DNA from: an uncultured candidate division Zixibacteria bacterium
Lineage (GTDB): Bacteria > Zixibacteria > MSB-5A5 > UBA10806
Assembly: GCA_963801605.1 (NCBI GenBank)
Contig: CAWDFP010000006.1
Span: 736,001-800,000 of the forward strand
DNA length: 64,000 nt
Reading direction: 5' to 3'
Under the pieces are notes generated by a model, which was given only the letters and a program-made list of their open reading frames with translations, had not been told where the DNA came from and ran no database searches. Of this stretch, positions 44,330 through 53,420 are shown piece by piece (the stretch's first letter is position 1; the number at the start of each line of letters is the position of its first letter). The translations under genes were made by a program, and so were the position numbers.

Positions 44330-45883
44330 AAAAACGATCCGAAATATATTTGGCGACGGCGCTCACCTTAGCGGTCATTGTGATACTGGCCGGTTTAGTG
44401 TATGCCGATTCCGGCGCATATAAGACCACCAAACACGCAGACCCACAAATCGGAGTGAACCGCGATTCCAATCTTCCTCGGGGCAATTGTAGTCAATGCC
44501 ATTTGGAACATAACACCGATAATCCCAACGATTATGCTTTATTCGCCCCGCCGGATAACTCACTATGTCTTTCGTCCGGTTGCCATGAGTACGAATATCA
44601 ATGGCCTCCGGGAAACTATTACTGGAGCTATCCCGGCAATGTGCCCGACTGGTATAACTCGGCCCACGGATCATCGACAGCGCTATTCACACCGGGCGGT
44701 AACCGCGAAGTGCGGCTTTGCGTGCAATGTCATAATCCGCACGGCAAAACCGATTCAACGTATGGCGTTTACCCCTCGGAGACAAGTTTCCTCGAAGAAG
44801 GCGGCTGCTATTCTAACGGCGGATTAATAGGGCAGGGATGCCATGGGAATAATTCAAGTAACAGGCCGATCGGGGCTGCAGATATTTATTCGGAAATTCT
44901 TAAATCATCGCGGCATAATGTCGAAGCGACCACCAAGGAGCATTCCTCTGATTGGATAGCGGTGTATCCTTACGGCAGAGAATCGCGAACGCCTGTCTCA
45001 GGTTTTTTCGCTGGTGATAGGCGGCATGTCGAGTGTGTTGATTGTCACAATCCGCACAAGGCGATTACGGGAACGCATCAGCCGGCGACAGGAGAAATCG
45101 GCGGTCCGCTTTTGGGCAATTGGGGAGTGGAACCCGGTAGCAGCGCACCCTGGACCGTCCCAATGAGCTTTAATGCTGTTGATTTTTCCTCGATATCTAC
45201 GGCCAGAGAGTATCAGCTCTGCCTGAAATGTCATAGTTATTTTGCCTATGGATATAGTCCTCCCACGGGATACACCGATATCGCCCGCGAAATAAATCCG
45301 GCTAATGCTTCATTTCATCCAATTGAGGATACAATTCGAACCAACTCCTACACATCGCCGTCCCCAAATAACAATTTTACCGAAACGATGGAAACACCCT
45401 GGGATGATGGCCGTCACAACCAGATGACATGTTCCGATTGCCATGGTTCGGAAAACGGTGCTGATCCCAAAGGCCCGCATGGTTCAAACCAGCCCTATAT
45501 CCTCATGGCTTCGCCGGCCGCAGGCGAAACCGCTTTATGTATCAAGTGCCATAAAGCATCGGTTTATGCGCCGCCGTTTGATCCGGGCGCACAGGAGACA
45601 GGCAGTAGATTCGATTTGCAAACGACGGGAAACGATAAGGCAAATCACTACTATCATGTAACAATCATGAGACTTGGCTGCCGGCAATGTCACGCGGCAC
45701 GGCAGACGGTCCCCCCCGGCAATCCCTGAACAGCGGACCCCTTATCCGATTCAGGTGGGTTCGGCTCACGGAACTAATTTGTTTGCCGGTCTACTAAATG
45801 GTACGAATATTAATTCGTATTCTCCGGGAAGCTGCGCTCCCACTTGCCATGATCCGGTCACTTATAATGCAGGGCCGGAATAA
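44314..45883 (+). CDS. Multiheme cytochrome c (7 CXXCH + 3 extended motifs), frameshift near 45725
   Basis: CSQCH, CVQCH, CVDCH, CLKCH, CSDCH, CIKCH, CRQCH plus CLSSGCH, CYSNGGLIGQGCH and CAPTCH (tail in ORF 45674-45883). Confidence 0.85.
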
Positions 45884-47502
45884 TGCCGAGAAGATTTGTG
45901 TTTGTCATTATTATGCTGGCATCATTAAAAGCTTCTGCCTCCGATTTGAGAGGAAATCTTAATCTCAGCTATCAAGGCACTGATGGAGGGGCGGAAAATC
46001 CCGCGTCTTCAGTGTTCAGCCAGGTTGCCAATCTTTATATTACCGACCGTATCTTTTACGGCAATGATTTAACTCTGGGAGCATTTATTTTTCACACCAA
46101 AACCTCAGGAGCGGCCAGAGGCGATTTGCGCGTTAGATATTCTGCGAATCTTTTAGGCAATAGATATTCACTTTATTCGTCGTATTCACCATACACCCTG
46201 TACCGCCCCGGAGGGGGTGCACTCAAGGTACGAGTATTTCAAGGATCTCTTACTTACCGTCCAAAATTGCTCCCGGATATTATGGGCAGTTACGCCTCTA
46301 CTCGTCAGTATACAACCGACAAACCGCGATCCCAGGACGGGCTAAATTATTCCTGGAATTTGGGGACTCAGTTTTCCAAATCGTTTGGATCGTTCAGCGG
46401 CGTCTATCAAAGGCAGCAAACAAAAAACGATCAGGCTCTCGTTCAAACCAAACAGATAACACGAACTATTAATTTGGGATATGATATTTCAAAACAGTAT
46501 CCGGCCAATGTTAATTGGTCGGCGGGATATAATTATATAGGTACCACTACAGAGAACCCGGGTATTCAAAAGGATAATAGCCGAACGCATATCGGCTCTT
46601 TTCAGGTTGGACGGAATTTTGGCAAATGGTTTTCAATGTCAGGGGCGACGTCTGGCCGAATTTTCGATCTTGAGCATTTGTCCAGAACAACCAGGATCGA
46701 AGATTTTCTTGCCAATGGCTCGGCCAGCATGAAGCTTCGCGAGAACATCACATTTGTACTTCTTCGAGGCTATAATATCAGTCAGAACAAAGAAGATTCT
46801 ACCACGAAAATTATAAACGATTATATAAATCTGGGGGGTGTCTGGGGATTTTCGGTTGGACGAGGCGCCGATACGCGGCTGGCGTTGTCGAGATCGTATT
46901 ATTATGCTTCAATCCAGGGGCGCAATATCGTTGATAATGGCACCCTGATTTTTGATATGAATCTTTATCGCCGCACCACCGCGACGGTCAATCTGGGAGT
47001 TGCTCGTAATCAGAAGATTCTTTCCGGCTTTGGGAGATATCAAATGACGCGTAATGTCGATATTATTTCGAGGCCGCTGAGGTCAATATCGCTAAACATG
47101 AATTACCAGTCATCCGAAACCTCAAACTCGATCAATTTCAAGAACAGCAACAGCGACAATTTTTCTGTGAATCTAACACATATTTTGAAATATTATTTTA
47201 ATTATGCGTTAACTTATACGCGGTCTGCCTTTCATTCGCAAGGGATGAATAATTTCTCGACATTATCGGTGGCATTTAATTACCGATTGAGCAATACGCT
47301 TTCGTTACTCGGAACGTATAGCAGGCGAGATCTGGGCGAATTATCCACAGCACTTGAAAGCGGTATCGATCAAACTGTGGGAGGCAGAATTTCCTGGATT
47401 ACCTCACCAAGAAGTAATTTGACTTTGAATTATTCCGTTTCCAATATTAATACCACACGTCAAACACAAGGTTTTGGCGGTTATTTTGTGACGAGCTTTT
47501 GA
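45883..47502 (+). CDS. Large outer-membrane beta-barrel protein
   Basis: Signal peptide; alternating aromatic/polar strands rich in Y/N/S/T throughout; C-terminal Phe (GGYFVTSF). Confidence 0.8.
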   Translation: MPRRFVFVIIMLASLKASASDLRGNLNLSYQGTDGGAENPASSVFSQVANLYITDRIFYGNDLTLGAFIFHTKTSGAARGDLRVRYSANLLGNRYSLYSSYSPYTLYRPGGGALKVRVFQGSLTYRPKLLPDIMGSYASTRQYTTDKPRSQDGLNYSWNLGTQFSKSFGSFSGVYQRQQTKNDQALVQTKQITRTINLGYDISKQYPANVNWSAGYNYIGTTTENPGIQKDNSRTHIGSFQVGRNFGKWFSMSGATSGRIFDLEHLSRTTRIEDFLANGSASMKLRENITFVLLRGYNISQNKEDSTTKIINDYINLGGVWGFSVGRGADTRLALSRSYYYASIQGRNIVDNGTLIFDMNLYRRTTATVNLGVARNQKILSGFGRYQMTRNVDIISRPLRSISLNMNYQSSETSNSINFKNSNSDNFSVNLTHILKYYFNYALTYTRSAFHSQGMNNFSTLSVAFNYRLSNTLSLLGTYSRRDLGELSTALESGIDQTVGGRISWITSPRSNLTLNYSVSNINTTRQTQGFGGYFVTSF

Positions 47503-47516
47503 TCTCTGGAGGATAG

Positions 47517-48101
47517 ATGAAAAATAAATGCCTTATTTTGGGAATTACATTGTTATTGGCAGTCCTCGGATGCGGCGGTCCCCGGACCTTTCTCAACGGC
47601 AACACAGATTGGACATTTTATAAACAGCTTGGCGTCTTGCCATTTGTTAATCTAACAACCGATCGTTTTGCGGGCGAAAAGGTGCAGTCGGCCTTTATTA
47701 CCGAACTTTTTCTTTCGGAACGCTTTCAGGTTATGGAACCAGGAGAGTTTAACTCCAGAGTAGCCCAGGAACTTAAAACCTCGGCATCGCAGCCCGTCCA
47801 GGAACTTTCCCTTGACCAGATCAAAACGATCGGTGAAAAAACCGGAGTTCAGGGGGTAATCGAGGGTGTTGTCAGAGAATATGGTACTACCCGAGTGGGG
47901 CAAACCGATTACCCGGTCATTAGCTTAAGTATCAGAATGATCGATGTTCCTACCGGAACAGTAATCTGGATGACATCTTTCAGCAAAAAAGGCGGCCCTA
48001 ATTTGCCGATCGTATCGATTGGAGAGACGCATACGCTAAGCGAACTGACGCAGAAGATCTGCCATGACATTGTTTCTGATTTTGTAAGCCGTGCCTTTTA
48101 A
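47517..48101 (+). CDS. Lipoprotein, CsgG/PelC/GNA1162-like
   Basis: VLGC lipobox; GVLPFVN...AG..V...F..EL...F.VME.GE; G.V.EYG; IRMIDV.TG.VIW. Confidence 0.75.
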   Translation: MKNKCLILGITLLLAVLGCGGPRTFLNGNTDWTFYKQLGVLPFVNLTTDRFAGEKVQSAFITELFLSERFQVMEPGEFNSRVAQELKTSASQPVQELSLDQIKTIGEKTGVQGVIEGVVREYGTTRVGQTDYPVISLSIRMIDVPTGTVIWMTSFSKKGGPNLPIVSIGETHTLSELTQKICHDIVSDFVSRAF

Positions 48102-48112
48102 GGAGAATTCGG

Positions 48113-48688
48113 ATGAAGCTTTACTCGAAAACAAACTGGATAATAATTTTATCGTTGGCGTTTTTGTCATGCGGTCCAAAGCCAAGCGTTTACCTGCAGG
48201 ATAACAATGGCGCCAAAGCGTCCAAGACGCTCGCCATTTTGCCATTCGATAATTACTCCGGAAAAGAGGATGCCGGCAAGCAAGTGGCCAATGCCTTTTT
48301 GGTGGAACTTCTCAAGAATCCATCGTTTCATGTCGTAGAGCCGGGAGAAGTCGATAGGGTGATGAGGGAGGAACGGATTCGCTCATCGAGCCAGATTGAT
48401 CTGAATGCGGCTCGGCTATTTAAAGATAAGCTTTCGTCGGATTATATTTTAATTGGCGCGGTCAATGAGTTTGATTATCTCAAAGACGGCGATCGTGATG
48501 TTCCCCTGGTGGGATTTACGGTAAGGTTGCTCGATACCTCAAATGGACAGATTGTTTGGGCGGCCAACTACAGCAGGCGGGGGGACGATCACGAGCTTGT
48601 TTTCGGCTGGGGTTTGGTAAGCTCGCTTTCGGAACTAACTCAAATCAGCGTTCGCGATGCAATTTCCCGTATAAAGATTGCACAGTAA
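48113..48688 (+). CDS. Lipoprotein, CsgG/PelC/GNA1162-like (second paralogue)
   Basis: FLSC lipobox; AILPFDN.SG...AG..VA..F..EL; VRLLD...GQIVW. Confidence 0.75.
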   Translation: MKLYSKTNWIIILSLAFLSCGPKPSVYLQDNNGAKASKTLAILPFDNYSGKEDAGKQVANAFLVELLKNPSFHVVEPGEVDRVMREERIRSSSQIDLNAARLFKDKLSSDYILIGAVNEFDYLKDGDRDVPLVGFTVRLLDTSNGQIVWAANYSRRGDDHELVFGWGLVSSLSELTQISVRDAISRIKIAQ

Positions 48689-48764
48689 ACGTAACTCATT
48701 ACCTCTCTTTTGGTTAGCTTGCCGTCTTAACGGTAAGAATAACGATAATTATTTGAAATAATAC

Positions 48765-48855
48765 TTGACATAGTAATTGTTACTAATATATTTATGACGA
48801 ATATCATAAATCCCGAGAGGATTTTTGTTAAACGCTCTTGTGAAGAACTTCACTA
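48765..48855 (+). promoter_or_regulatory. Internal promoter with palindromic operators for the second cytochrome transcription unit
   Basis: TTGACA-16 nt-TATATT; palindromes TAGTAA-N3-TTACTA (48771-48785), TTTATGA-N6-TCATAAA (48791-48810), TTGTGAAGAACTTCACTA (48838-48855). Confidence 0.6.
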
Positions 48856-48874
48856 ACCTCGATGTAGAAAAAAA

Positions 48875-49823
48875 ATGAGAAGATACTTTATCCCGCTGAT
48901 TTTCCTACTTGTCAACCTGGCTGTCTCGGCCGAACCGTTGGTCGAGCCCAATGTCAGTCTTGTCAGTGTGGTTAAAGGTTATTCGGATCGTAAAGCATTT
49001 GGAAATCCCACAGGAATATTCCTCGATCCCATAAAAAACGAAATCTATGTCGCCGACGCCGGTAATCATCAGATTGGGATATTCGACAAGCGCGGCACCA
49101 GCTTGTGGACATTCAAGCACTGGGTAACGGATAGCCGGGAGGAAGGCGCCAGGATATCTGGGCGATCCTCATTCAATAGTGGTTACCAAAGACGGCGACA
49201 TCATCGTCAGCGACAACAAAGCTGATTATATCGATGTTTTTGATTATCGCGGCTCACTTCAATTAAAAATATCTCCTGAAGATTATCCTGAGGCAGGCCC
49301 ATTCAGAGGCGCCATTCTGGCGCTTGATAAATCAGGCAATCTTTATATCGGCACGATTCTTGAAAAATCGGAAATCCTGGTGCTCGATTCCGATTATCAG
49401 CTTATCAAGCGATTCGGGAAAAAAGGTGAGGAGCCGCAGGATTTCCAGAATATCTCGGGAATCTGGGTGAACGGTGATGGCAACATTCTGGTCACCGATG
49501 CCCTGGGCACTCCAATTTTGAAGAAATTCAATTCCAACGGCGAATATCTCGGTGGTTTTGGAGAGCATAGTATCGAGAAAAACGATTTTTCGTTTCCAAG
49601 CGGAGTGGTGATGACCTCAAGCGGGCGGATCTGGATCGTCGATCAACTTCGACAGGTAGTCAAATGCGTGAACGATTCGGGAGCTTTCATCACTATGATC
49701 GGCGGCCTGGGATATGCTCCCGGCGATATGTGCTATCCCTCCGGAGCCGCTTCCGACGGAGATTCGACGCTGGTAGTAGTCGAGAAAAACGGTAATAGAT
49801 TTCAACAATTTATCATCAGGTAA
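48875..49823 (+). CDS. Secreted NHL-repeat beta-propeller protein, frameshift near 49140
   Basis: Signal peptide; NPTGIF.D...IYVADAGNH; FGKKG...F..ISGI; FSFPSGV; YPSG.A.D. Confidence 0.85.
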
Positions 49824-49937
49824 TAAAATGATTAACCCTAAAGTAAATATGCCAGAAGGAGGTGGTACGGTAGTTACAATTTTCACAACTCAGATTGTTA
49901 TTACACGCACTTATTATCAAATTCGAGAGGTTTTGTA

Positions 49938-50987
49938 ATGAAGAAAATTTTCGCACTAACTCTGGCAATGGTATTCGTTTTCGCGATGACGGCATTCGCC
50001 GGTGAATACCACATGGGAAGCTCATTGAGCTGCTACCAGTGCCATTCAATGCACTATAGCCAACAGCATATGTTTGGCTATGCTCACGAGGATAGTATTC
50101 CGTTCCTCGGCCCCGATGGACCATACAACAAGCTGCTTCGTTCGGATGTCAACGATCTTTGCCTTTCCTGCCATGACGGGGGAGATGTCATAGATGTTTA
50201 CGGCGTATCCGAAGTCAACGCGACAGTTAACCGCGAGGGCGGTTTCCTTAGCAGAGTCGGCGACGGCAATGAGAATCACGGCCATACGCTCGGAGCCACC
50301 AGCACTGCTCCCGGTAGCCTTCCAGCTTGGAGCCCGGATCAGACAGAGGGTCTTACCTGCGTCAATTGCCATAGCGCACACGGCAGCGCCGGTTCAGGGA
50401 ATCCGGATCAGGTTAAGGGTCAGTGGAGAAACCTGACCAGGAATCCTGGCAACGGAACCAACAGATACGTCAACTACGAAAAATCCAGCGAGCCCGTAAA
50501 CACGACCCGCGACATCAAGTGGAGATCCTCCAGCGCCCACGACGCCGGCGCTTATGAAACCGACAATGTCGATTTTTATGAGCCCGTGTCATCTGAATCC
50601 CGTTACGGCGCCTGGTGCCAGGGATGCCATACCAATTTCCATGGTAATTCCTCAAGCGACAATATGGCTAATGCGGACGGATGGATCCGTCACCCGACAG
50701 CCGACGTTAATCTAGGGACCTCTGGCGCAACCGATTTTGCATCCCATGCTTATCGTCCGCAAGTGATGAGCCCGACAGGCAACTGGGGCACCCAGGGCGA
50801 TTCCACCTGGACTCCGCCGACCGATCTTACCCCGACTTGCGTTACTTGCCATAAAGGCCACGGCAACGGTAATGCGTTCGGTCTCGTTTATATGGATGGC
50901 CGCCATCCGCGTACAGAAAACGGCGATGCGGTATCTACCAAGATTACTGCTACCTGCAAAATCTGTCACAGCCAGGGCGGTTATTAA
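49938..50987 (+). CDS. Hexaheme cytochrome c with OmcS-like motif layout (paralogue B, likely major subunit)
   Basis: AFA signal cleavage site; YH-x6-CYQCHSMH, LL..LCLSCH, GGF..GH, APG..LTCVNCHSAHG, WRNL, WCQGCHTNFH, RHP, CVTCHKGHG, terminal CKICH. Confidence 0.88.
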   Translation: MKKIFALTLAMVFVFAMTAFAGEYHMGSSLSCYQCHSMHYSQQHMFGYAHEDSIPFLGPDGPYNKLLRSDVNDLCLSCHDGGDVIDVYGVSEVNATVNREGGFLSRVGDGNENHGHTLGATSTAPGSLPAWSPDQTEGLTCVNCHSAHGSAGSGNPDQVKGQWRNLTRNPGNGTNRYVNYEKSSEPVNTTRDIKWRSSSAHDAGAYETDNVDFYEPVSSESRYGAWCQGCHTNFHGNSSSDNMANADGWIRHPTADVNLGTSGATDFASHAYRPQVMSPTGNWGTQGDSTWTPPTDLTPTCVTCHKGHGNGNAFGLVYMDGRHPRTENGDAVSTKITATCKICHSQGGY

Positions 50988-50998
50988 TAGTCCGCTTG

Positions 50999-51034
50999 AA
51001 GGAGGGTGTCTCGCACACCCTCCTTTTTCTTTTC
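50999..51034 (+). terminator. Strong hairpin with U-tract after paralogue B
   Basis: AAGGAGGGTGT-CTCGC-ACACCCTCCTT followed by TTTCTTTT. Confidence 0.8.
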
Positions 51035-51057
51035 ATACTTTTACTGCGGGATAAATA

Positions 51058-52176
51058 ATGATCAAACACACAATTGTATTTCTTTTTGCGATGATTTCTC
51101 TTTCTACCGCCGGAACTATTTTACAGAATGACGGTTTCCCGCACAAACCCGGTTCCGGTTATCAACCCGGCGCAATACTCGATACGCCGCCCTTTACGCC
51201 AGGTTATCACAATGGCAACGACATGGTTTGCTCAGATTGCCATATTATGCATGCCTCTATGCAGCATGATTATGGTACCCCTGATTCTTATACCTATCCT
51301 TATAACGTTGAGCCTCCCGCAAATCATCTTCTTAAGGCTGCGAACGCCTTAACGCTGTGTCTGTCCTGTCACAACGATAAGGTTGGTATTCCCGATGTTG
51401 TCGGCGCCGACGTCAATGGAGGGAGTGATCGTGCGGCGGGACAGCTTGGCGAAGTTGGCGAAATCAACAACAACGGGCATAATATTGCTCCTGATCCGGG
51501 GGACCTCTGCAATCGATGCCATTTTGGAGGGGAGTTTCACACCGCTTCTGTAGAGTGTATCGATTGTCATGCTCCACATGGTACCCGGTATTATCGCAAT
51601 TTACAGTGGGCGTCATGGCCGGGTCATCAGCCACCTATTGTCGCTTTTGTCAGGCCTGGTTCGCAGGGACTTGACAAATATCAAACTGCCAATGTTCGAT
51701 ACGGCGCTCCCGGTTATGGACGTGGTCAGGCGACCTGGAGAGAGGTAACTAATATCTGCATTGATTGTCATCATACCCTGGTTGACGCCTCGCCCAACGG
51801 TGGACGTTATACCAATCCGGAGCTTGATGATCATTGGAATAGACACCCCGGTACAAATAGCGAAGACGGCGCATATCGGCCTATTGGCGGTTTACCGGAT
51901 GATCCCGATGTTTACACCGATCCTCAGAATTGGGTAAGCGGTGAAGGTTCCGAATTTTCTGTTGGACGAGTGCCTTATATCGTAACCGAGGCTCACTCAT
52001 TTCAACAGGCGGACGTTGTTTCCACCAGTAACGAGGTTTTCTGTCTTTCCTGTCATAGCGCTCACGGCACCGATAAGCCGTTTGGTTTACGATGGAATCC
52101 GACCAATAACTCAACTCCACTGGCTACTGCTGGATGCCGTCAATGCCATAACAATACAGCGAGCAATATTCCATAG
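51058..52176 (+). CDS. Heptaheme OmcS-like cytochrome c (paralogue C)
   Basis: YH-x6-CSDCHIMH, LCLSCH, extra CNRCH, CIDCHAPHG..YRNL, CIDCH, RHP, VFCLSCHSAHG, CRQCH. Confidence 0.85.
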   Translation: MIKHTIVFLFAMISLSTAGTILQNDGFPHKPGSGYQPGAILDTPPFTPGYHNGNDMVCSDCHIMHASMQHDYGTPDSYTYPYNVEPPANHLLKAANALTLCLSCHNDKVGIPDVVGADVNGGSDRAAGQLGEVGEINNNGHNIAPDPGDLCNRCHFGGEFHTASVECIDCHAPHGTRYYRNLQWASWPGHQPPIVAFVRPGSQGLDKYQTANVRYGAPGYGRGQATWREVTNICIDCHHTLVDASPNGGRYTNPELDDHWNRHPGTNSEDGAYRPIGGLPDDPDVYTDPQNWVSGEGSEFSVGRVPYIVTEAHSFQQADVVSTSNEVFCLSCHSAHGTDKPFGLRWNPTNNSTPLATAGCRQCHNNTASNIP

Positions 52177-52247
52177 AGGAAATTAGAAGTATTGGAGTAG
52201 AGAGAAACTACCCGTAATTCGATTTTAATTAATAAGAAATTTTTGCT

Positions 52248-52284
52248 TAATAAGGTATCCATCCGGGTACCTTATTATGTTTTT
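52248..52284 (+). terminator. Probable terminator ending the cytochrome cluster
   Basis: TAATAAGGTATCC-ATCC-GGGTACCTTATTA then TGTTTTT. Confidence 0.55.
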
Positions 52285-52471
52285 AGGCAGCATAATAAAA
52301 TAAGAAATAGTTTAGGAAATTTAAGATTGTTCTCGCCGGGTTTTCATTAATTATATTGCCACTGATTATAATCGAGGATTGGTTATTTTCATCTTGGGTT
52401 TTCAACAATTAGGTTCTATTATAATCATCATGAGTATATGTTTTAGGAAGTTCATTTGGTAAGGCAGGCGA

Positions 52472-53374
52472 ATGAACCCCATTTACGGTGAAATTGCCGC
52501 ACTATCAACCGCGCTCTGCTGGGCTTTCGGATCAACTTTTTTTACGCTCGGCGGATCGAGAATTGGCTCTGCCAATGTAAATCGGGCACGGTTGGTCATT
52601 GCTGCGATTTTTCTATCCTCGATGCACTTTCTATTAACGGGTAATCCACTGCCTATTGATGCAACTCAGGAGCGTTGGCTCTGGCTTGGATTTTCCGGGA
52701 TAGTCGGATTTATAATTGGGGATGGAATGCTATTCGAGTCTTTCATCATTGTGGGGCCACGGCTCTCGATGCTTCTAATGGCGCTTGTCCCGATAATAAG
52801 CGCAATTCTGGCATGGTTATTTTTGGGCGAATCACTCAGCGCGCTGGAAATTTCCGCTATCGTTATTACAGTCTCGGGAATCTTCTGGGTTGTAGCCGAT
52901 AAAAAGAAAGTAAGCACCCATATCCCCGGAAAGAAGCTTGTTCTGGGAGTCGCCTTGGGATTTGGCGGCGCTCTCGGTCAAACATTTGGTTTGATCCTTT
53001 CAAAAAAAGGGCTTGAGGGAGGATACCCGGCGCTCTCAGGTAATTTAATACGGGTTCTTTGCGCGATGGTGATCTTATGGTTGATTACTCTCCTAAGCGG
53101 AAAGGCGCGGGAGGCCCTGAAGAGTTATAAGGATAAGAAGGCGTTTTTGGCGCTCACAGCAGGGTCGTTTTTCGGGCCATTTATTGGCGTCTGGTTTTCA
53201 CTGATATCAATTAAATATGCCAGGCTCGGAATCGCTACCACGTTAATGTCCCTGACTCCCATATTCCTGATTCCCATCACGCGCATAGTATTTAAAGAAA
53301 AGGTAACCGTCGGAGCGATTATTGGAACTGTGATCGCCGTCGCCGGAGTTGCAATCCTGCTTTTGGCAGGATAA
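52472..53374 (+). CDS. DMT/EamA-family transporter
   Basis: About 10 TM in two repeats; G..AAL..A..W, SG..G..IGD, P....LA..FLGE, F.EK.T..AI.G. Confidence 0.9.
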   Translation: MNPIYGEIAALSTALCWAFGSTFFTLGGSRIGSANVNRARLVIAAIFLSSMHFLLTGNPLPIDATQERWLWLGFSGIVGFIIGDGMLFESFIIVGPRLSMLLMALVPIISAILAWLFLGESLSALEISAIVITVSGIFWVVADKKKVSTHIPGKKLVLGVALGFGGALGQTFGLILSKKGLEGGYPALSGNLIRVLCAMVILWLITLLSGKAREALKSYKDKKAFLALTAGSFFGPFIGVWFSLISIKYARLGIATTLMSLTPIFLIPITRIVFKEKVTVGAIIGTVIAVAGVAILLLAG

Positions 53375-53420
53375 AGCCGGTGGGCTTTTAGAATTAAATG
53401 TTTTATTGAAAGGAATTTTT

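Noticed and set aside
45700..45735. In-frame TGA in a cytochrome as possible selenocysteine or readthrough
   Set aside because: The sensible continuation is in another frame next to C-runs, consistent with an indel.
45883..47502. Calling the barrel mtrB and the cytochromes mtrA/omcS by gene symbol
   Set aside because: Orthology cannot be established without a search; only the motif layout is supported.
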